From a virus (lineage: Duplodnaviria; Caudoviricetes): a stretch of 64,000 nt of DNA. Where the stretch lies: positions 96,001 to 160,000 of IMG/VR virus record IMGVR_UViG_3300013212_000088; one strand, 5' to 3'. Made by a program: the position numbers and the translations under genes. Below are positions 10,848-21,922 of the stretch, in pieces. The notes beneath the pieces are model-generated. The model was not told where the DNA came from. It ran no database searches and saw only the letters and a list, made by a program, of their open reading frames with translations. Numbering within the stretch: the first letter of the stretch is position 1; each line of letters starts with the position of its first letter.

Positions 10848-13800
10848 TTACTCAGCTATCAAAAGATCTCCATTACTTAAAACATTAAGGCCTGTTGGTT
10901 TTGTAAGCAATCCCTTATTATTCCAAGATTTTACAACAGTACCAGAAGTGTTTATTCTTAAAAGCTTGGAGTTTTTACCACTGTTAAATCTATCATCAAC
11001 TAAAACATAATATTCGCCAGATTTTTCACTAGGGAGAGCATAAACGGCATCTCCTTGTAATGTTATGTTGACAATCGGGAAATCATCTGTATTTGTTCTT
11101 CTTATAACCATTAGTTTACCAAGAGCTGTGGATGATTGAGAAGGCAAAGCTATTAAAATATTTCCATTGTTCAATTCATATGCTGAACCTAACAAGTCTG
11201 CATTGAATGGCACTAATGTACTTGGTAAAGTCCAAAGTACACTATTTGCAGTGTCATAGTCAAAAGCAATAACAGAATTAACAAATGGCTGGGCAACAAT
11301 GTATTGATATGATTTATTTACCATTACAGATATTGGATTGAATATATTTGCATAGTAAACCGGACCTGTCAACATATTTAATTCAATCGGAGTTGTTTGA
11401 GCAATAGTTTGACCAGATTTAGGAGGAGCAATTAAAGTTGTGGTTATGCCATCTCCATTATAATCAAATATTTCAGTTATATCCCCATCAGCCATTGCTT
11501 TAAAATCAAAACTCTGGAATCCTGAAAACGTATTCTTTTTAGACATTGAATCAAATATCTCAACCGTTCCTGAAAGATTTGTATTTCCTTTTAATTCAAA
11601 TCTTTTTAAGGAAGGACTGTCTAAAATATCCATAACATTTAAATCAGCTTTAACAGAAAGTGTGTTGGGTTTACCACCATCTCCTAATCCGCTGTTTGTG
11701 TAGCCAGAAGGTGGTCCAACTATAGTTCCTGGAGTTGACGATCCAGTGCCAGAAATGTTGTTTGTATTATCTGAAGATTCACTATCATTTGTTGCAGTTC
11801 CATTTGTTGAAAAAGCACCGGTCAATATAATGACTCTTTTATCAGTAGCAGAAGATAAAAGCTTATTCATTTTTGATGTAAGTTTTATTACGACAGTAGA
11901 TGATTTAAGACTTACTAAAGGTGTTAGTAATTCTACAGATGATACATAAGCGATTTCATTTGCAGATATGTCTAAACCATCATAAATAATTTTAATTTTG
12001 CTAGCATTTAAAATATTGACACATTGTGAAAAAGGAAGATATATAACTGCAACATCAGGATTATAATGAGCAGCCAAAACCATAAAATCTCTTTCAGATA
12101 ATTTAAGTCTCAAATTACCTTGAATTATTTTTTTAACCACTCCAGCTGTGTCAAAGTGGATAATTCTGTCATTGTAAGTATCAGCGTAAATTGCAGACTC
12201 ATCCCATAGTATTCTAAAATCTTTTGGTTTATAAAAGCCATAATTTGAAGATTTGTTGAATATTTGCCAAGGAGTTAAATAAGTTGAAAGACTATTGACA
12301 GCAGTGCTATTGTCATTACCATCTTCATAGGTAGACTTTGTTGTTGTTGAAGCGGTTTGTAATGCAGACAAAGCACTACTTTTTGCTAAGTAAATCCAAT
12401 TACCAACATCTTTTTTATCAAGTGTTAAAACGTTTTTAGTCAAACCGCCTTCAGTATAGTTAGGTCCATATAAGATGTTAAACTTTTGGTATTCACTTTC
12501 AACCCATCCAGATTGGTCGTCTGCTATGTTGTCGTATTTTGTGTTCCAAGTTCTACTTTGAGCACCACCAACTGAAGTGTAATCAATACTTAACTCTTCA
12601 AACTCTGGTGTATTTAAACCCTCGGAATCTGCATAAAGATCAATAACAATGTCTAACCACTTACCAATATTAAACTTTGAACTTGTATATGTACCTGAGC
12701 CTGGAAGAGTAATACTATAAGATGATGGAGGCACAATTTCATATGTCCCACTAATTAATGTAGCCTCTTCAGTAATATTAAGAGCAGTCAAAGAGTTTAA
12801 ATCATCTTCTGTTGCACTGTCAGTTATTCTCGCAGATATAGTATATGAAGTGCCTGCAGGAACAGTTATTTTATATGAATACAAATTAAGAGTGGCTGAT
12901 GTGCTTCCAGTGTCTAGTCTAAATATATATCTTGAACTTTCAGCATACAAATATTCGTTCCACAAAAATAAAGCCGAAAGATTGCCATTTGATTCATTGA
13001 GTCTAGCATCTTGTAAAGTTGTTAAATCATCGCCAGCGTTATCAACAAGTAATTCTGAAGCTGGAGCAATCAATTTTAAAGTTGGAGAAGCGTCACCATT
13101 CCATCTTTCGGTAGATGTGTCATCAGTTTTAATATAAAAAGCAAAACCAACAACATTTACTCTATCAGAAGGTAACTCTATCATTTCTGAAAGATCTACA
13201 TTAACAAATATATCTGTTGCGTAATCATCAGCACCTTTTGTAAAAATCTTTCTTGGAAGTGTTCTTTTAATTTCTAATGTCTGAACAGTTGTATTTGCCC
13301 TATCTTCAATAGTTTCACTAACTAAAGTTCCGTCAGATATTCTATTATCAGTTGGGTCTACTAATAAAACCATATAAATGGAACAAGCAGAATCGGTATC
13401 AGCTAAATTAATTCCTAGGCCAATATTAGTCACATTGCTCCAATCTCTTTTTGTTGCAGGGATTGTAAATAAAGTATATTGAGTGTCAGTATAGGTGTCG
13501 TCTGTGTTTCTTAATTTCTTAGTGTAATAATTCCAACCGTATGCTGTATTTTCAAAATCAGAGCCAGCAGCATTTGATAGTATAGTAAAGTTAATTGGAG
13601 TATCAATTTTAAAAATACCATCAGCATTATCGTCTGTAGTACCTTCAATTTTGATATTTGAGTTTACATACAATTCACCAATGTCTTTGCCATTTATGTA
13701 ATTTAACATTGTGGTAAAGTTATTTTTTGAAGTAAAAAATACATTAAATGCAGTATTTGAATCACTCGATGCAGCTTCTATAAAGTTTACTGCAGTATCG

Positions 13801-14780
13801 TAACCAGCTCCAGGGTCATCATATACATTAGCCTCTAATATGTAAGCTGGTAAACTTAGATCTCTAAAAGTAGTAGCTGTGTCTGTATCTCTACTTGGAA
13901 AAATACCTGGAATATAAAACAAAGCATTAATTTGAGTAGAGTCTGAATCTGATGCAAATTGTTTTTTCATAGCTAAAACAATTTGTAATCTGTTGGCCAT
14001 AGACAAATCTGATAATCTATATGAACTATCAGGTAAAGATAGAGCACCAAGTAAAGAGTCTATTTGAGTATGGGTAAGCGTTCCAATATTTTCAAGTGTT
14101 TTGTGGTCAATTTGAGGCAGTCTTTCAGCAGACAACGTACCTTTAGTAACTGTAGATATATCAAGATTTTCTATATATTCTCCAGACAGTTTTCCTTGAA
14201 CATGTTTGGCTAAATTAATTGGGCTTGGGTTATTAGATCCACCAATATGTTTATGTGAATTAATGATTCCTGAAAGAGAAGAAATTATGCTGATTCTTAC
14301 TCTTCCTGTAGTAAACGGTTCAATAGTGGTTGTTTCACCAAAAGTAACAATAACGCCACCTAATGAAACGAAATTGTCTATGTCAGTAATCTCTACCAGT
14401 GATGTAAGAAAGTCAATGTCTTTGGTAACTGGAGTGTTATCATTCGTAACTGCATAAACCCAAACTGTTGCACTTGTAATACCTGTTGGAAGAATAGGAA
14501 GCGCTACATCCTCATATGCTATTGTTTCAGAAGCTTTCCAAGAAACAAATCCTTTACCACTAGATATTCTAATGTTTTGAACATCATTAGGAATTACACT
14601 AATAACCCAAGATGAATAATTGTTACTTTCATCCTCAATAATTCCATTACCAAATATTTGATAAAGAGAATATGTTTGGGTATCTATAGCACGAAAGCGA
14701 AGCTCATCTAAATCGAGCTCTTCGCTTAAATCTTGATTGGGCTCTAAATATCCAAGCCCATAAATTGGTGTCTTTCCCAT
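10848..14780 (-). CDS. Virion structural protein with C-terminal NHL-like beta-propeller repeats
   Basis: 1310 aa. YADTYNDRIIHFD, AYELNNGNILIA and KPTGLNVLSNGDLLIAE resemble NHL/propeller blades; there is a G/S/T/N-rich linker near 11650-11800. Confidence 0.65.
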   Translation of the reverse strand: MGKTPIYGLGYLEPNQDLSEELDLDELRFRAIDTQTYSLYQIFGNGIIEDESNNYSSWVISVIPNDVQNIRISSGKGFVSWKASETIAYEDVALPILPTGITSATVWVYAVTNDNTPVTKDIDFLTSLVEITDIDNFVSLGGVIVTFGETTTIEPFTTGRVRISIISSLSGIINSHKHIGGSNNPSPINLAKHVQGKLSGEYIENLDISTVTKGTLSAERLPQIDHKTLENIGTLTHTQIDSLLGALSLPDSSYRLSDLSMANRLQIVLAMKKQFASDSDSTQINALFYIPGIFPSRDTDTATTFRDLSLPAYILEANVYDDPGAGYDTAVNFIEAASSDSNTAFNVFFTSKNNFTTMLNYINGKDIGELYVNSNIKIEGTTDDNADGIFKIDTPINFTILSNAAGSDFENTAYGWNYYTKKLRNTDDTYTDTQYTLFTIPATKRDWSNVTNIGLGINLADTDSACSIYMVLLVDPTDNRISDGTLVSETIEDRANTTVQTLEIKRTLPRKIFTKGADDYATDIFVNVDLSEMIELPSDRVNVVGFAFYIKTDDTSTERWNGDASPTLKLIAPASELLVDNAGDDLTTLQDARLNESNGNLSALFLWNEYLYAESSRYIFRLDTGSTSATLNLYSYKITVPAGTSYTISARITDSATEDDLNSLTALNITEEATLISGTYEIVPPSSYSITLPGSGTYTSSKFNIGKWLDIVIDLYADSEGLNTPEFEELSIDYTSVGGAQSRTWNTKYDNIADDQSGWVESEYQKFNILYGPNYTEGGLTKNVLTLDKKDVGNWIYLAKSSALSALQTASTTTKSTYEDGNDNSTAVNSLSTYLTPWQIFNKSSNYGFYKPKDFRILWDESAIYADTYNDRIIHFDTAGVVKKIIQGNLRLKLSERDFMVLAAHYNPDVAVIYLPFSQCVNILNASKIKIIYDGLDISANEIAYVSSVELLTPLVSLKSSTVVIKLTSKMNKLLSSATDKRVIILTGAFSTNGTATNDSESSDNTNNISGTGSSTPGTIVGPPSGYTNSGLGDGGKPNTLSVKADLNVMDILDSPSLKRFELKGNTNLSGTVEIFDSMSKKNTFSGFQSFDFKAMADGDITEIFDYNGDGITTTLIAPPKSGQTIAQTTPIELNMLTGPVYYANIFNPISVMVNKSYQYIVAQPFVNSVIAFDYDTANSVLWTLPSTLVPFNADLLGSAYELNNGNILIALPSQSSTALGKLMVIRRTNTDDFPIVNITLQGDAVYALPSEKSGEYYVLVDDRFNSGKNSKLLRINTSGTVVKSWNNKGLLTKPTGLNVLSNGDLLIAE

Positions 14781-14782
14781 AA

Positions 14783-15004
14783 TTAGTTAACTGGCTTATC
14801 TTCGTTGATTACTTTTGCCTGTCCCCATCTTGAAACGCCCCAAGTCAATGCATCTTGATTTGGATCATAAGTATCCCTTCTGAACTTAGACAGCATAAGA
14901 TCAGCAGCTAATTGAGACTGTGAATTGAGCTGAGCATCTCTTTGTTGCTGGTTACTTTGTATCTGATATTTGATCGCATCAGAGAGGTTGAAGAATTGAG
15001 GCAT
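14783..15004 (-). CDS. Small Gln-rich hypothetical protein
   Basis: 73 aa, with a clear AGGAG Shine-Dalgarno (gaattaggagattactATG); fills the gap between two large ORFs. Confidence 0.7.
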   Translation of the reverse strand: MPQFFNLSDAIKYQIQSNQQQRDAQLNSQSQLAADLMLSKFRRDTYDPNQDALTWGVSRWGQAKVINEDKPVN

Positions 15005-15022
15005 AGTAATCTCCTAATTCAA

Positions 15023-17815
15023 TTATTTAAGGTCAAAGATTGATTTTCCTTGCACAGAAGCTGTAATAATATTTTCTTTTTTGTTAGCTTTATAAGTTAC
15101 TGCAGAATAAAAATAATTATCTGTAACCTTAAAACCACCATTCCAAAGATATTTTATATGGAAAGTTCCCATATGATGCAAAGGTCTAGTGACATAACAA
15201 TTAAAACTAACCGTGTAATTAGGTTTTCTATTCAACTCAATTTGTCTATTATGCCAATCTCTTAATGCCAATGTATCTGGCATTCCTTTTCCCCAGTTCC
15301 TATAAGTAGTTTTTTCAAAACCTACATAGCCTACTACATTAAAATTTCCGTTTAAAATTGGGTTTGGATTTTGGATAACAGGAATACGATCAAAAATAAA
15401 ACCTTCGTATCCTGAGCCTTCAGCTATCCAATTGCTATGATATCGTCCAGTGTCAGATTCAATTTGATATCCGCCTTCAGATAACAATCCGTGCCAATCT
15501 GTTAAACGCTCACTAAATGTTGTATTTCTAGAATTAGCTTGTCTCAAATCAATGTCAAAAAGTTTTAATTCATCTCTATATTTTGGATCATATTTCCAGT
15601 CTAACTTTAAATACTGCCTACTTGCATCATAAAACATGACTGGCCAATCACTTTGTTTATTCATTCTCGGCCCTAACATATTAAAAACATCTATGACGTC
15701 TGTGTAAATAGAAGCTTTTATTGCATCTTCCTCTAAAGGAGTGTTTGAGATATTTAGGTTCATTCCTGCTTGAAATCCAGGATTTAAATTATCTACATCA
15801 AAGTCAAAGAATCTGTGGAAAGATGAATGCTCCATGATTCTTCTGAAGCAGTATTTATATTTAGCTCCATGAAAAGAAAGGAAGCCAAATAATTTTGTAT
15901 TTTTAAGGACATAAGATCCTACATCTACAGCAGAAACATTAGTTACACTTCCAGATGCGGTTCTGTTAGTTTTTAATTTGATTATAAATCCTTGGAAAAA
16001 AACTTCTTCTTGCTCATATCCAGCAGAAAGCTCTATCACTAATTGATTTTGCTCAATCAAGGTTAGAATATTTACTCCATTGTAAACAGTGTCTAAAGAA
16101 AAAGCTACATCAATATTAGCTAAATTAATTTCTGCAGTAGACGATAATATTTTGCTGCCTTCATCAAATTGTGTAGATACAGACCAATCTTCTAAATATT
16201 TTGTAAGATTACCACCTAATGCATCTGAAATTGGCTTAAGCAATGACTTTGGAGGAGCTAATGAGTAGCTTGGAGTATTTTCAGATTTAACAAAAAGAGG
16301 ACCAGAGATTGCAGAACTAAACTTAATTTGAGCATATTTACTATCACCCAATGATGTGTAATCAATTTTAAGCTGATCATTCAAAACAGATCTTTGATCA
16401 TGAAAAAATGATACTCCATTTTCTAATTGAGTCGAATATCCCTGGTATGGCTGCAATGCAAAACTGTTTTCAATATGCTCAAAATATCTGTAAGTAAGAG
16501 TAGGTAAAGTATCGTCAATAAGTTGAGGGTCAAAATTATTAAAACACAATGGTTCAAACTGAAAATTTACTGAAGCATAATAAACATCCATGTATATTTC
16601 TGCTTTCTCAGATATTCCATGTGTATATTTGTCTAAAGGCTGGTTCTTGTTTTTAGAACTTGGGAAATTAGAAACCCATGTACTTGGATCTGGTGTAGTT
16701 CCATAAAGCAAAATGTCATTTAGAAAATGAAAATAAAGATTAATTTCATTTCCAGATGTAGCAATAATACCCAAATTGAACTTTGCTACTGTGACGTTTG
16801 CTTGATTTACCATATATATTTGCACTTTTTCATTAGGCGCTATAATTATTATATATTTAAAAGCGTTTTGTTTATTTTTGATATGTGCAAACTCTTTTGC
16901 ATCTTTGGATAATGCTATGGAATCTATAACAATTTCAATTCTGGACTGTTTTCCTTGGATTTGTTGCTGAGGAAAACTAGGAAGTAATTGCAAATGAAAA
17001 CTTGAATTGTATGATCCTTTCTCCTTTACATCAAATGAATATTTTTTTTGTTTAGCATCAAAACAAAATAGTTTTGCATTTTCTTCAGATGTTCCATAAA
17101 CAATATCATTTGATATAGTAAAGAGTCTTTTTACTCTACATGCATGGTCAGGACTAGTGACCTCAACAAAAGCACCGTTATTTATATCATCGACAGTATT
17201 AATATTGGGTGTATTGGGATCTTCAAATATTTGCCCAGAATATTTTTGACATTTAGTAAGATCAATTTTTTTGCCAAATATTTCAGTAATTTTCCAAATA
17301 TTGTAAGTTATAAAAGCACTAGCATTATATAAATTAGATTTTCTATAAGGCATGAAGGGTTGTTGTGGACCTTGTAAGACATCTAATGTTGGGAAAACAT
17401 TTTCTACATTACTGTTATTTCTTGGATTGTTATCAAACTGCGGAAGTGTTTTATATTGATCCTTTCTTGGCCCCATAATTAAATTAAATACTGGGTGTGG
17501 AATAGAATCAGTACCAACATCAAATGCACCATAGGCAAATGTACATTTAGGAGCGCCAACAGCAGTATTTACTTTAGGTATAAATCCACCATAAATACTT
17601 GGTACAGAACTTAAATAATCTGATGTATTTAATGTGTAAAGATTATTATTAATCTTTACTTGAGAGGAATGCATCTTATTATTTTGAGGGGAAAAATTTT
17701 CTACATTTTCACTTTTATTTGCAGTGTAAAAACCCTCAGCAATAGGCTTATCAGGATTATATAAAAGATATAATCTGCATGATTGCTTTAATTCTCTTGT
17801 TGGATCAATTATCAT
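15023..17815 (-). CDS. Probable baseplate hub / tail-tip (gp27/Mu gp44-like fold) protein
   Basis: The C-terminal half reads TAEINLAN..LVIELSAGYEQEEVFFQGFI..TASGSVTNVSAVD..MFYDASRQYLKL, the pattern of phage hub proteins; it lies in a tail operon. Confidence 0.55.
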   Translation of the reverse strand: MIIDPTRELKQSCRLYLLYNPDKPIAEGFYTANKSENVENFSPQNNKMHSSQVKINNNLYTLNTSDYLSSVPSIYGGFIPKVNTAVGAPKCTFAYGAFDVGTDSIPHPVFNLIMGPRKDQYKTLPQFDNNPRNNSNVENVFPTLDVLQGPQQPFMPYRKSNLYNASAFITYNIWKITEIFGKKIDLTKCQKYSGQIFEDPNTPNINTVDDINNGAFVEVTSPDHACRVKRLFTISNDIVYGTSEENAKLFCFDAKQKKYSFDVKEKGSYNSSFHLQLLPSFPQQQIQGKQSRIEIVIDSIALSKDAKEFAHIKNKQNAFKYIIIIAPNEKVQIYMVNQANVTVAKFNLGIIATSGNEINLYFHFLNDILLYGTTPDPSTWVSNFPSSKNKNQPLDKYTHGISEKAEIYMDVYYASVNFQFEPLCFNNFDPQLIDDTLPTLTYRYFEHIENSFALQPYQGYSTQLENGVSFFHDQRSVLNDQLKIDYTSLGDSKYAQIKFSSAISGPLFVKSENTPSYSLAPPKSLLKPISDALGGNLTKYLEDWSVSTQFDEGSKILSSTAEINLANIDVAFSLDTVYNGVNILTLIEQNQLVIELSAGYEQEEVFFQGFIIKLKTNRTASGSVTNVSAVDVGSYVLKNTKLFGFLSFHGAKYKYCFRRIMEHSSFHRFFDFDVDNLNPGFQAGMNLNISNTPLEEDAIKASIYTDVIDVFNMLGPRMNKQSDWPVMFYDASRQYLKLDWKYDPKYRDELKLFDIDLRQANSRNTTFSERLTDWHGLLSEGGYQIESDTGRYHSNWIAEGSGYEGFIFDRIPVIQNPNPILNGNFNVVGYVGFEKTTYRNWGKGMPDTLALRDWHNRQIELNRKPNYTVSFNCYVTRPLHHMGTFHIKYLWNGGFKVTDNYFYSAVTYKANKKENIITASVQGKSIFDLK

Positions 17816-20800
17816 TATGATAAACCTTTGTAGTATTTTTTTTCTGTTACGTAAGAGTAAGGAATAATATTTCTTGAAACTATGGTGTTGTCTATGTCCT
17901 TATACCAAACAGACAACGAGCTAGACGTTCCTTTATTTTCAAGACTAATTCCGGCCCTCTGCAAAACAATATCTACTTTTTCATCTCTGTCATTATTATT
18001 CATAACTAAATATTTTTCTTGATTCAATGCATAAACTAATTTATTTTTCTCATCCAAAGTAAAATTACCCGCTATCAGCTGTAATTTTGGATTTATGTTT
18101 GCACCACCAGGATAACCAGAATAACCAGTTTTAAAATAAAACAGTTTGTTATCACACCAAAAAATTGTATGCATTACTCTTCTTACAGAATCATATTTTG
18201 AACTAATGCCATATATTTGAAGAGATGAATAGAGTTTTGGAAGTAGTGCTTCGAAAGTAAATAAAGTAAATTCTGGGCTTGTTTGACTTAAATTAAAACT
18301 TTTTGATTTAATTGCATACTGTGAAGAGTTTTTAATATAATGCAATAAAAAATCATTAGTATTTAGCTTAATCAAATCTACATGTGTTGCTAGTAAATTG
18401 TCAACAGTTGCAACTTCTTCAGCAGTTCTTAAATCAATGAGACCTGGGAACAAACTTAAATCTTCGGGCTTATCTCCGGCTAATAAATAATTTCTATATT
18501 CGTTTTTACCGTCTGAAGATACGTTGACTGATCTATTAATTTTAAAAATAAGAGATCCTGGCTGAGCAAATCCAGCTCCATAAAATGTTTGACTAGCTTT
18601 ATCTATTGCTGGAGTAAACAAATTAAAACCAGAAAATATTTTCTTTACTTCTTGCCCAAAACCTGCTGTTGTTGCATATCTTTGCTCTGCAGGAAGACCC
18701 CATCTTTTAGCATCACCATCATTTTGATTTAGTGCAGCTGAAATAAAATTACCTTCCGAACTTTCTGCTTCTGTCATCAAATAAATATGATCAGCGCTAT
18801 ATGGGTTGCCGTTAGAAGTTGAAAAATTAAGCATCTTTGGCTTAGAACCATGTAAGCTAGCAACTACTGATCCTGATGAATTATAATTAGCTACAGTATA
18901 TTGATCAAGTGAGCTTCCATATGAATTAACTCTTAATACATCAATTTCACCTAATTCATTTGCGCTTGTCCTATTACTCGAATAAGCCACTATAAATGAA
19001 TCACTAAAACCGCTATTAACAACTCCAATTGAATCTTCTGCTAAATCTGCAACACCAGCAACAGTCCTAAACTTCGGCTCTGCACTTCCAAAGCTATGGT
19101 TTAGTCTTACCTCCATATCAGAGGGTAGATTTACATACCAAGTAGGTGAATAAAGTGTTCCACTTAGGACATATGGATCTTGAAATGTAACTGTTTTTGT
19201 GCCCAAGCTTTCTGAAGAAGCAATAAAATAAAATTGACTGTCTGCATCAGCGTCAGCTCCAAGTATTTTAGTTGGTGCTAATGGGAGATCTTCATAATAT
19301 GCTGGAGATCCTATTGCTGAAGGCGTAGAGGGAGAATTGTAAATGATTCTTTCTTGCTCAATTGTATTTTGTTTAATTTCTATGCTGTCAATTCTAAAAC
19401 CAAATTTAATTTTTAATATTTTGTCATAGTATTCTAGTAATTCAGAGTACGTGTAATTTAAATCACAATAAGGCAAATATGTTAATCTTAAAACAAATTG
19501 AGTTTCTGCGCCATCAATTAAAAATGGGAAGTTGATATTAGTTCTGTAGGAATATGTTTGAAAAGATAACCCCACGCCTTTAAGTTCAGAAGATTTAAAT
19601 AATCTACTTACTACTTTGCCCTCAACATCTACAAGCAAGCCTTCGATTATAAGATTAAAATCAATGCTTATATCGCTTATTCTATTTCTTTTAACTTCAA
19701 TTTCCCAAGATCCTGTATTAATTCTGCCGTTTTGTAATGAAACTACATCCGTAACAAAATCCGTAATAATTGTTTTGCTAACACTTGTAGTCTTTGATAA
19801 CGTTCTAAAAAGCTCTTCAGTAATTGAAACATTCAATTTACCAGTATCATAATTTTCAAATGCATCTGGTTTTTTAAGAAGTACAACATCTTCAAAAGCA
19901 TAACTATTTTCAGCACCCGCATATGAAACAAACTTATTACTATATGGTATGTAATCATAATTTTTTTCAAAATCGGTTGCATTTTCATAAGTTATAGGTA
20001 TTGGTCTCTTGCCTGTCATGCTTGAAGAAACTTTCAATGAATCAGCAATTTTTAAGTATGAATTGGATGTGAAGCTTGTATCTGATGGATTTCTGATAGC
20101 ATGAAGCTCTCTAGAAATAACCTGATAAATTGGAGTTTCAAACCCATTTTTTTCTGTGTCTGAAGCAAAATTCACAACAGTACCAGAAACTTTACTTCCA
20201 GAAGCTTTTACATATACTCCAACAACTAATACTGCTTGATCAAAAGAAGCTTCAGGCATAGATATAATTTGCTTATCCGAAATATATCTTGCTATTTCAT
20301 ATTGTGTAAGATTAGTTGGAGATGGAGGGGCTATTAAAACTTGATCATACTTTGTTGGTGACTTTTTGATTAATTTAGTAGTAGTTGAAGTTGACTCAAA
20401 ACAAATCTCTGTTTCAGATCTATATGCTAATAAATTATTTTTTTGATATGAGTCTTTAGGGGCAAACCACATTCTAAAATAAACATGATAGTTATTATTA
20501 TTAAAATTATTGATTGTTTGAGTTTGAAATGACGCTCTAAATAATCCCTTAGAAAAGTTAACTCCATTTTTAAGAGACACAGGATTTGTTTCATCTTCTG
20601 CCACAAATGTTGCTATTTCTTGATCAAAATCAATAAGCCCTGACTCTTGATTAACTGTTTGTTTAAATGAAAAAGATTCATTTTTTGAAAGTGTTGCAAC
20701 TTTGTTTAGCTTTAAATATTGAGATGCAGGGTTGTCTTTTTTAAGTTTAGCATCTTCAAAGAAAACATATCTTGCCTGTCTTTTACCAGCTTGAATACCT

Positions 20801-21921
20801 AAAAGTGTAAATTGATAAGCTGAAAATGGTGTTTCTAATCCTAAACCACCAAATATATCAAACGCCCCAGTAATAGGAACAGACGCAAAATAAAATCTTA
20901 AATTGACACCATGAGCAAACCCTGGACTATTAGTTCTAGCCTCAGGATTAAATAATTTCAAATTTACTGTAGGTCTATAATTATCGCCTTTGGGAAAAGT
21001 TACAAAATAAGTATTTTTTTCAGGTTCAATTACTTTTCTTAGAGTAATTGCATATCCTAAAATACTACATGGAAGATTTTTGGGATTTAAGTTATTTTCG
21101 TCTACAGCTCTAAAAATCCAAATACGCCTAATTCTAAAACGTAAACTTGAACAATTTAAAGCTTCGTCAGTAAGAGAAAACTTTAAATTGTCAGCAGAGG
21201 GTCTTTGAAGAGCTGATAAGGATATTCCAGTTAATAAATTCTTCTGTATTACTTCAGGGTAGGATGTTGTCGCCACTCCATTTTTAGAAACTTCTTTATG
21301 AATACCAGTTAAGCTTAATGTTAATGGGATGGTTCCATTGTCAGGACTAAATTGTTTGCCTTCTAATAACAAACTAATTAATTTATATTCTGCATAAGGA
21401 AAATCACTTAATGCTGTTGTATCACCTTGCCTATAAGCAATTATTTTAGCAATATGTTCTTCATTAGTAATAAAGCTAAATATAGAATCATCATAAGGAT
21501 CAAAAGATAAACTATATTCAATATTTAAGCATCCAAGTTTAAAAGTAAAATTGGGTAATTTTATTGAATAGCTTAATGAAGTTCTTATTGAAAAATCTTC
21601 TTCGAGTTCATTCGTCAAAACAAAACTTTTCATAGGTGGTAAGCCAATATATAAAGTTGGGTTTGTTAATGGACGATATGTATTAAAGAAAGGCCATATT
21701 TCAGAATTAGTATTAGTTAAAATAGTCCCAGTTGTACTAATAAAAATCTTGTCAGTTTCTAATATAGATTTTGTGGCTTGAACATTATAATACTGTCCTC
21801 TTACACACCTGGCAATAGAATATCCAGTGCCAATATCGTCTCCATTAGCATTTGTTGTTGGGAACCATTTCTTACCTGCTTTGGGTGGTGAAAATGGGGG
21901 ATTGATATGTGAATCTGGCAT
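17815..21921 (-). CDS. Large virion/tail-associated protein
   Basis: 1368 aa, beta-rich; its TAA overlaps the ATG of the hub-like gene. Confidence 0.6.
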   Translation of the reverse strand: MPDSHINPPFSPPKAGKKWFPTTNANGDDIGTGYSIARCVRGQYYNVQATKSILETDKIFISTTGTILTNTNSEIWPFFNTYRPLTNPTLYIGLPPMKSFVLTNELEEDFSIRTSLSYSIKLPNFTFKLGCLNIEYSLSFDPYDDSIFSFITNEEHIAKIIAYRQGDTTALSDFPYAEYKLISLLLEGKQFSPDNGTIPLTLSLTGIHKEVSKNGVATTSYPEVIQKNLLTGISLSALQRPSADNLKFSLTDEALNCSSLRFRIRRIWIFRAVDENNLNPKNLPCSILGYAITLRKVIEPEKNTYFVTFPKGDNYRPTVNLKLFNPEARTNSPGFAHGVNLRFYFASVPITGAFDIFGGLGLETPFSAYQFTLLGIQAGKRQARYVFFEDAKLKKDNPASQYLKLNKVATLSKNESFSFKQTVNQESGLIDFDQEIATFVAEDETNPVSLKNGVNFSKGLFRASFQTQTINNFNNNNYHVYFRMWFAPKDSYQKNNLLAYRSETEICFESTSTTTKLIKKSPTKYDQVLIAPPSPTNLTQYEIARYISDKQIISMPEASFDQAVLVVGVYVKASGSKVSGTVVNFASDTEKNGFETPIYQVISRELHAIRNPSDTSFTSNSYLKIADSLKVSSSMTGKRPIPITYENATDFEKNYDYIPYSNKFVSYAGAENSYAFEDVVLLKKPDAFENYDTGKLNVSITEELFRTLSKTTSVSKTIITDFVTDVVSLQNGRINTGSWEIEVKRNRISDISIDFNLIIEGLLVDVEGKVVSRLFKSSELKGVGLSFQTYSYRTNINFPFLIDGAETQFVLRLTYLPYCDLNYTYSELLEYYDKILKIKFGFRIDSIEIKQNTIEQERIIYNSPSTPSAIGSPAYYEDLPLAPTKILGADADADSQFYFIASSESLGTKTVTFQDPYVLSGTLYSPTWYVNLPSDMEVRLNHSFGSAEPKFRTVAGVADLAEDSIGVVNSGFSDSFIVAYSSNRTSANELGEIDVLRVNSYGSSLDQYTVANYNSSGSVVASLHGSKPKMLNFSTSNGNPYSADHIYLMTEAESSEGNFISAALNQNDGDAKRWGLPAEQRYATTAGFGQEVKKIFSGFNLFTPAIDKASQTFYGAGFAQPGSLIFKINRSVNVSSDGKNEYRNYLLAGDKPEDLSLFPGLIDLRTAEEVATVDNLLATHVDLIKLNTNDFLLHYIKNSSQYAIKSKSFNLSQTSPEFTLFTFEALLPKLYSSLQIYGISSKYDSVRRVMHTIFWCDNKLFYFKTGYSGYPGGANINPKLQLIAGNFTLDEKNKLVYALNQEKYLVMNNNDRDEKVDIVLQRAGISLENKGTSSSLSVWYKDIDNTIVSRNIIPYSYVTEKKYYKGLS

Positions 21922-21922
21922 T